Origin: Bacteroidales bacterium
GTDB lineage: Bacteria > Bacteroidota > Bacteroidia > Bacteroidales > CAIWKO01
DNA length: 56,387 bases
Reading direction: 5' to 3'
NCBI GenBank assembly: GCA_035389045.1
Contig: DAOORA010000023.1
Coordinates: forward strand, 1-56,387
The notes under the pieces were generated by a model, which was not told where the DNA came from, made no database searches, and worked only from the letters and a program-made list of their open reading frames with translations. The translations under genes were made by a program, and so were the position numbers. This document shows, one piece after another, positions 51,899 to 56,387 of this stretch; position 1 is the first letter of the stretch; each line of letters begins with the position of its first letter.

Positions 51899-52578
51899 CT
51901 GTTAAAGATACCATTTTGATCATTGACGATGAAATACAGATTCGCCGGTTGCTTGATATTACACTTTCAGCCCATGGGTTTAAAATCATCGAAGCCTCAG
52001 CAGGTAAAGAAGGTATTACTCTTGCAGCTTCCCAACAGCCTGGTTTGATCATACTCGATCTGGGCTTACCCGATATGGACGGTCTTGATGTGATTCTTAA
52101 ACTTCGCCAATGGTATCAAAAACCGGTAATTATTCTTTCCGTGCGTAATACGGAGGAAGATATTGTTAAAGCACTTGATAACGGAGCAAACGATTATCTC
52201 ACAAAGCCATTCAGGACAGGAGAACTTCTTGCGCGCATACGTGCTGCTTTTCGTCAAAGCCAGACTATATCAGAAAATCCTGTCCTGGAATTTGGTACAT
52301 TGACGATAGATTTAGCCAGCCATACTGTAAGAAAAAACAATGAATTAATGAAACTTACATCAACCGAATATTCCCTTTTAACATTGCTGGCAAAAAACGA
52401 AGGCAGAGTGCTTACGCATCAATTTATTCTGAAAGAAGTATGGGGAATGAGTTATGTCGAACAAACCCAATATTTAAGGGTGTTTGTGGCTCAATTACGA
52501 AAAAAAATAGAAGATGATCCGGCAAAACCGAAATGGCTAAATACTGAATCCGGCATTGGATACAGGTTTGGTAATTAA
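51895..52578 (+). CDS. kdpE: Response regulator KdpE (OmpR family)
   Basis: IIDDE, LDLGLPDMDG, GANDYLTKPF, YLRVFVAQLRKKIE.DP..P, TE.GIGYRF; ATGA overlap with kdpD. Confidence 0.95.
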   Translation: MTVKDTILIIDDEIQIRRLLDITLSAHGFKIIEASAGKEGITLAASQQPGLIILDLGLPDMDGLDVILKLRQWYQKPVIILSVRNTEEDIVKALDNGANDYLTKPFRTGELLARIRAAFRQSQTISENPVLEFGTLTIDLASHTVRKNNELMKLTSTEYSLLTLLAKNEGRVLTHQFILKEVWGMSYVEQTQYLRVFVAQLRKKIEDDPAKPKWLNTESGIGYRFGN

Positions 52579-52664
52579 TCCCCCTGGAAAAAACATCCTC
52601 AGAAAATCTTTCTTCCGGAAAAATACCGGAAAAAACGTATTTTTGATTTAGCAAATAACCCATT

Positions 52665-53219
52665 ATGGCAATTTACATTATCATCGGAATCGTCCTTCTG
52701 ATCATTCTGATCACAGTGATTTTCTTCAACAAATTCATTTCGTACCGCAACAGGATACGCAATGCCTGGAGCGATATTGATGTACAACTGAAAAGACGAT
52801 ATTCGCTGATACCCAACCTTGTCGAGTCGGTGAAGGGCTATGCCGTTCACGAAAAAGATCTTTTCGAAAACGTGGCTAAGTACCGTGCACAGGCCGAAAA
52901 CGCCCGGACGCTGAAAGAACACGAAGCTGCTGAAAACAATATGATATCCGTGCTGAAGAATATCCTGGTCACCGTGGAAAACTACCCCGCCCTGCTGGCC
53001 AACGAAAACTTCATGAAGCTGCAGGATTCGCTGATCGAGGTGGAAGACACCATACAGAATGCCCGCAGGTATTACAATGCGGTGGTACGCGACAACAACA
53101 CAGCCGTGGAATCATTCCCCGGAAACGTATTCGCCGGTCTGCTTGGTTTTAAAACAGCAGATTTTTTCGAGATCGACAGTATCGAACGCGAAGTAATCAA
53201 GGTCGAAATAAAGAAATAA
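52665..53219 (+). CDS. lemA: LemA family protein
   Basis: N-terminal TM, AWSDIDVQLKRR..LIPNLV..VKGY..HE, ENYP.L.A, ARRYYN..V..N, FP.N; TATTTTTG promoter at 52638-52645. Confidence 0.95.
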   Translation: MAIYIIIGIVLLIILITVIFFNKFISYRNRIRNAWSDIDVQLKRRYSLIPNLVESVKGYAVHEKDLFENVAKYRAQAENARTLKEHEAAENNMISVLKNILVTVENYPALLANENFMKLQDSLIEVEDTIQNARRYYNAVVRDNNTAVESFPGNVFAGLLGFKTADFFEIDSIEREVIKVEIKK

Positions 53220-53222
53220 GAC

Positions 53223-56200
53223 ATGAAAAAAACTTTCGTAATCATTGTATTGATATTCCTGAGTATCAGCGGATTCTCAGAAGCCTTCCACATCACCAAT
53301 TATTTCGTTAACATGCAAATGAACGCGGATGGCTCCGTGTGGGTCACCGAAACGATTGATGTTCACTTCACGGAACAAAGGCATGGTATCATCCGGTCCA
53401 TCCCCTACCGTTACAGGCAGGTTGATTTCCCGGGGAGGGAAAGAGCAGAAAGAGCAAGTTTTTCGGCTGATTACGAACTTATTATAAAAAATGTCGGTGT
53501 GGATGGTCATGAATTCAGCACTTCCGTTGAAGGCGACTTCCTGAAAATAAAAATCGGCTCTGCCGACACATACGTTGAAGGCAACCAGAAGTACATCATA
53601 AAATACCTGGTGTGGGGCTGCCTGAACAAATTCCGCGACCATACGGAGTTATACTGGAACCTGGTCGGACATATGTGGGATTGCAATATTGCAGCAGGAG
53701 GTTTCAGGATCAGCCTGCCCAGACCGCTCAGCCTCACGAATAACGATATATTGCTTTTTACCGGCGCCGAAGGAGCCAAAGATAAAGGTGCAACATACAA
53801 AATAAGCCCAGAGGCAATTACAGGTACGCTGGTAAATCCGCTGAAAGCCAATGAAGGCATGACGGTAGTAATAAAATTTCCCTTGTCATACTTCCCCAAC
53901 ACCAGCATTCCTGTGGAGGATATGGCTTCAAATTTTTATATAGACAAGTTTCTGGCAAAAATCAAAGTCAAAGCCGATGCCTCGCTCGATGTCGAAGAAA
54001 AATATTCGGTTGTATTTCTAAATCCGCAAACGTCTTTCCTGCGCGACTTTTACACTCTGGCGCCTGACGATTCGTCCGTTATCAAAGATCATGTGATCAG
54101 GGATTTACAAGTGAATTATGTTGCTGCAGACATAAAGGATGCCCGCTTTACAGCCCAGACAGAAGGTGAAAAAAAATACATAAGCCTTTACAGCGACACT
54201 AAACAATTCGCCGGTAAACTGGAAGTTACCCTCAGATACAAGGTCTGGGGCGCTGTAGTCTTCAAAAACGGCAGGGCAGAGATTAAATGGCCATTCAACG
54301 GCGAAATGTCCGGCGAACCGTTCAGGGGCTTTGAAGCAGAAATTTCAGCCGACCCCGCCATCAATATGGAAAAAACTTTTTTCCGTTTTTTCAAAGGTGA
54401 TGAAAGCCACATGGTTTCCCCAACCATCAAATTTGACAACACAAAGAAAACATACTTTATAACGTATGACAATGTGTTCGCCACAAATCCGATATTCCTG
54501 ACTCAGACACTCAGCGACGAGGGATTTCATAAAAACATGCTGCCATTCGAAATCTTTGCAAAAAAATATTACATCAGGGATTTTCTCACCGAAATTACGG
54601 TCAACAAAAATGGCAGCCTGCACGTCAACCATTTTTATAATGTAAAATTTAAAAATCCATACAGTACCGAAAATAGTTTTTCCGTCAGAGAAAACTTCTC
54701 CTATTACGAAAGCCGCCCTGAAAATGAATATCCGGGAATAAAACTTCCTGACTGGTCATTTTTAAGCGGATATACGAAGCTCCTGGTGAGCAACCTGAAA
54801 GTAAGCGGACAGGACGACGATTATTCCCGCAGAAACACTTATTTTAATTCAATATACTGGGGAAACACCGGAGGGACAGCACAGGACACCGCTTATAGCT
54901 ACGAATACGACATCTTCGGCCTGCTGACAAAAAAAGACGGCAGGTATCACCTGAACAAGGCGCTGGCCAACATCTTCGAAGAACCCATAAAAGCAGGCAC
55001 AATAAAGATCATACTTCCTGAAGGCGTTAACCCGGAAGGTATGGTAACATCTTTTCTTATCAATAATGACACATCACAACAATTAAATTTTACCACTGAA
55101 AAGAACACGATTATCTGTAAACTGAACAGACCATTGTATGGTCATGAAACACCCGTTATCAGCACTTACATACCAAAAGACAAGCTGTCTGTTTCGGGGA
55201 TGCTCACCTGGAAAATTATTTGGAAAAACAACAAACTGCTTATATTGCCCTTCATTATTTTCCTGATACTGCTGCTGCTATGGTATGTGCTCGGAAGGGA
55301 TAAAAAAGACGCTATTGTTGTCCAGTACAACCCGCCCAAAGAGATCACTCCTGCTGAAGCCGGTTATCTGTGGGATAATAAACTTCATAAACGCGACCTG
55401 GTTTCACTCATCTATTACTGGGCAGGACATGGTCTGCTTTCCATAAAAGAAATCAATCAGGCCGGAAAAAAAACAGATTATGATCTGACAAAACTTAAAG
55501 ACCTGCCGCCGGATGCCAGGAGTTTTGAAAAAAGAATGTTTGGTGGATTGTTCAAAGCCGGGAGTAAAGATCCCGTAAAAGTAAGCTCGCTGAAAAACTC
55601 TTTCTATGTTACCATGAATTATACCGACAAAGATTTGAAGGCCTATGCCAAATCAAATAAATTCTATGTCCCCGGAACACGCGGTTTCAGCCGCTTTCTG
55701 AAAGTTATTGCTTTTGTATTTCTGGGCATAGGTATCTTCGCTTCCCTGTTTTTTGGACAAAACTGGTTGCAGTTTCAGCTCTTTGTGCTGCTGACTTCTA
55801 TGTCCTTATACTTTTTCGGGTTGTTAATGCCCAAACGAGCACATTTTGCAACAGAACAGTACCATAAACTTCTTGGTTTCAAAGAGTTTATACAAAGAGC
55901 TGAAAAAGAAAAACTGCGCGACCTGCTGCAGGAAAACCCGAAATACTTTGACGAAACTGTTTCTTATGCCATCGTCATGGGGCTTGGCAGCGAATGGGCC
56001 GACAAATTCCACGACCTGATCATTTCCAGCCCCGACTGGTATCAATCTGCCGGCAGTCATCCGTTCTCCACCGGTCTCCTTGTGTCATCCATCATTTCCA
56101 GCATGTATCATATGGACCACAACTTTAATTATAAATACACATCCTATTCATCGGGCTCTTATTCCGGCGGTTCGCGGAGTTCCGGTTTCAGTTCGTTTGG

Positions 56201-56285
56201 AGGAGGCGGAGGTTTTTCCGGATTCAGCGGCGGTGGTGGATTCTCGGGAGGGGGATTCGGCGGCGGAGGTGGGTCGAGCTGGTAA
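53223..56285 (+). CDS. DUF2207-like membrane protein with triplicated N-terminal domain
   Basis: DGSV.VTETI.V.F....HGI.R.IP, LYWN..G..W, Y.PP..ITPAEAG, YAIV.G...EWA..F, Gly-rich tail GGGFSGGGFGGGGGSSW; directly follows lemA. Confidence 0.85.
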   Translation: MKKTFVIIVLIFLSISGFSEAFHITNYFVNMQMNADGSVWVTETIDVHFTEQRHGIIRSIPYRYRQVDFPGRERAERASFSADYELIIKNVGVDGHEFSTSVEGDFLKIKIGSADTYVEGNQKYIIKYLVWGCLNKFRDHTELYWNLVGHMWDCNIAAGGFRISLPRPLSLTNNDILLFTGAEGAKDKGATYKISPEAITGTLVNPLKANEGMTVVIKFPLSYFPNTSIPVEDMASNFYIDKFLAKIKVKADASLDVEEKYSVVFLNPQTSFLRDFYTLAPDDSSVIKDHVIRDLQVNYVAADIKDARFTAQTEGEKKYISLYSDTKQFAGKLEVTLRYKVWGAVVFKNGRAEIKWPFNGEMSGEPFRGFEAEISADPAINMEKTFFRFFKGDESHMVSPTIKFDNTKKTYFITYDNVFATNPIFLTQTLSDEGFHKNMLPFEIFAKKYYIRDFLTEITVNKNGSLHVNHFYNVKFKNPYSTENSFSVRENFSYYESRPENEYPGIKLPDWSFLSGYTKLLVSNLKVSGQDDDYSRRNTYFNSIYWGNTGGTAQDTAYSYEYDIFGLLTKKDGRYHLNKALANIFEEPIKAGTIKIILPEGVNPEGMVTSFLINNDTSQQLNFTTEKNTIICKLNRPLYGHETPVISTYIPKDKLSVSGMLTWKIIWKNNKLLILPFIIFLILLLLWYVLGRDKKDAIVVQYNPPKEITPAEAGYLWDNKLHKRDLVSLIYYWAGHGLLSIKEINQAGKKTDYDLTKLKDLPPDARSFEKRMFGGLFKAGSKDPVKVSSLKNSFYVTMNYTDKDLKAYAKSNKFYVPGTRGFSRFLKVIAFVFLGIGIFASLFFGQNWLQFQLFVLLTSMSLYFFGLLMPKRAHFATEQYHKLLGFKEFIQRAEKEKLRDLLQENPKYFDETVSYAIVMGLGSEWADKFHDLIISSPDWYQSAGSHPFSTGLLVSSIISSMYHMDHNFNYKYTSYSSGSYSGGSRSSGFSSFGGGGGFSGFSGGGGFSGGGFGGGGGSSW

Positions 56286-56324
56286 TAGATTTGCCATTAG
56301 CCACAGATCAGGAGTCACGTGACT

Positions 56325-56387
56325 TAACAGCCTAACAGCCTAACAGCCTAACAGCCTAACAGCCTAACAGCCTAACAGCCTAACAGC
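56325..56387. repeat. Perfect 8-bp tandem repeat (TAACAGCC)n, at least 7.9 copies, truncated by the window edge
   Basis: Direct reading of the sequence. Confidence 0.95.

Noticed and set aside
44444..52578. kdp locus as a horizontally acquired island or functional partner of the glycosyltransferase array
   Set aside because: It looks somewhat more AT-rich by eye, but there is no integrase, tRNA or flanking direct repeat, and adjacency alone does not show a functional link
155..56322. Numerous 60-180 aa ORFs antisense to or overlapping the called genes (e.g. 21342-21884, 47164-47691, 28965-29408)
   Set aside because: Shadow frames of well-supported genes with no independent motifs

Overview
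Bacterial chromosomal segment, very probably an anaerobic Bacteroidota (Bacteroidales-like) organism. Support: repeated TAnnTTTG promoter boxes, an S46 dipeptidyl peptidase, Rho with a long N-terminal insertion, and an aldehyde:ferredoxin oxidoreductase. The left third (1-22.7 kb) holds housekeeping and redox genes plus a HUH/Y1 (RAYT-type) transposase. That gene sits inside a head-to-tail array of ~180-bp hairpin-rich units that appear to be internal-deletion derivatives of the transposase-bearing element, with a solo copy 5 kb away. The centre (23.0-44.1 kb) is a 21-kb tandem array of ten intact, diverged paralogues of a TMTC-like membrane protein (GT-C-type glycosyltransferase domain plus 6-7 C-terminal TPRs). 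All ten keep the DD motif but differ in predicted periplasmic loops; this is the most striking candidate for an undescribed system. The right part holds a complete kdpF-(extra 51-aa membrane ORF)-kdpABC-kdpDE potassium uptake locus, lemA, a DUF2207-like protein with a triplicated extracytoplasmic domain, and an 8-bp tandem repeat running off the window edge. Several small MITE/REP-like elements lie in intergenic gaps. No rRNA, tRNA or CRISPR array was recognised. All family assignments come from motif recognition by eye; no database search was run.
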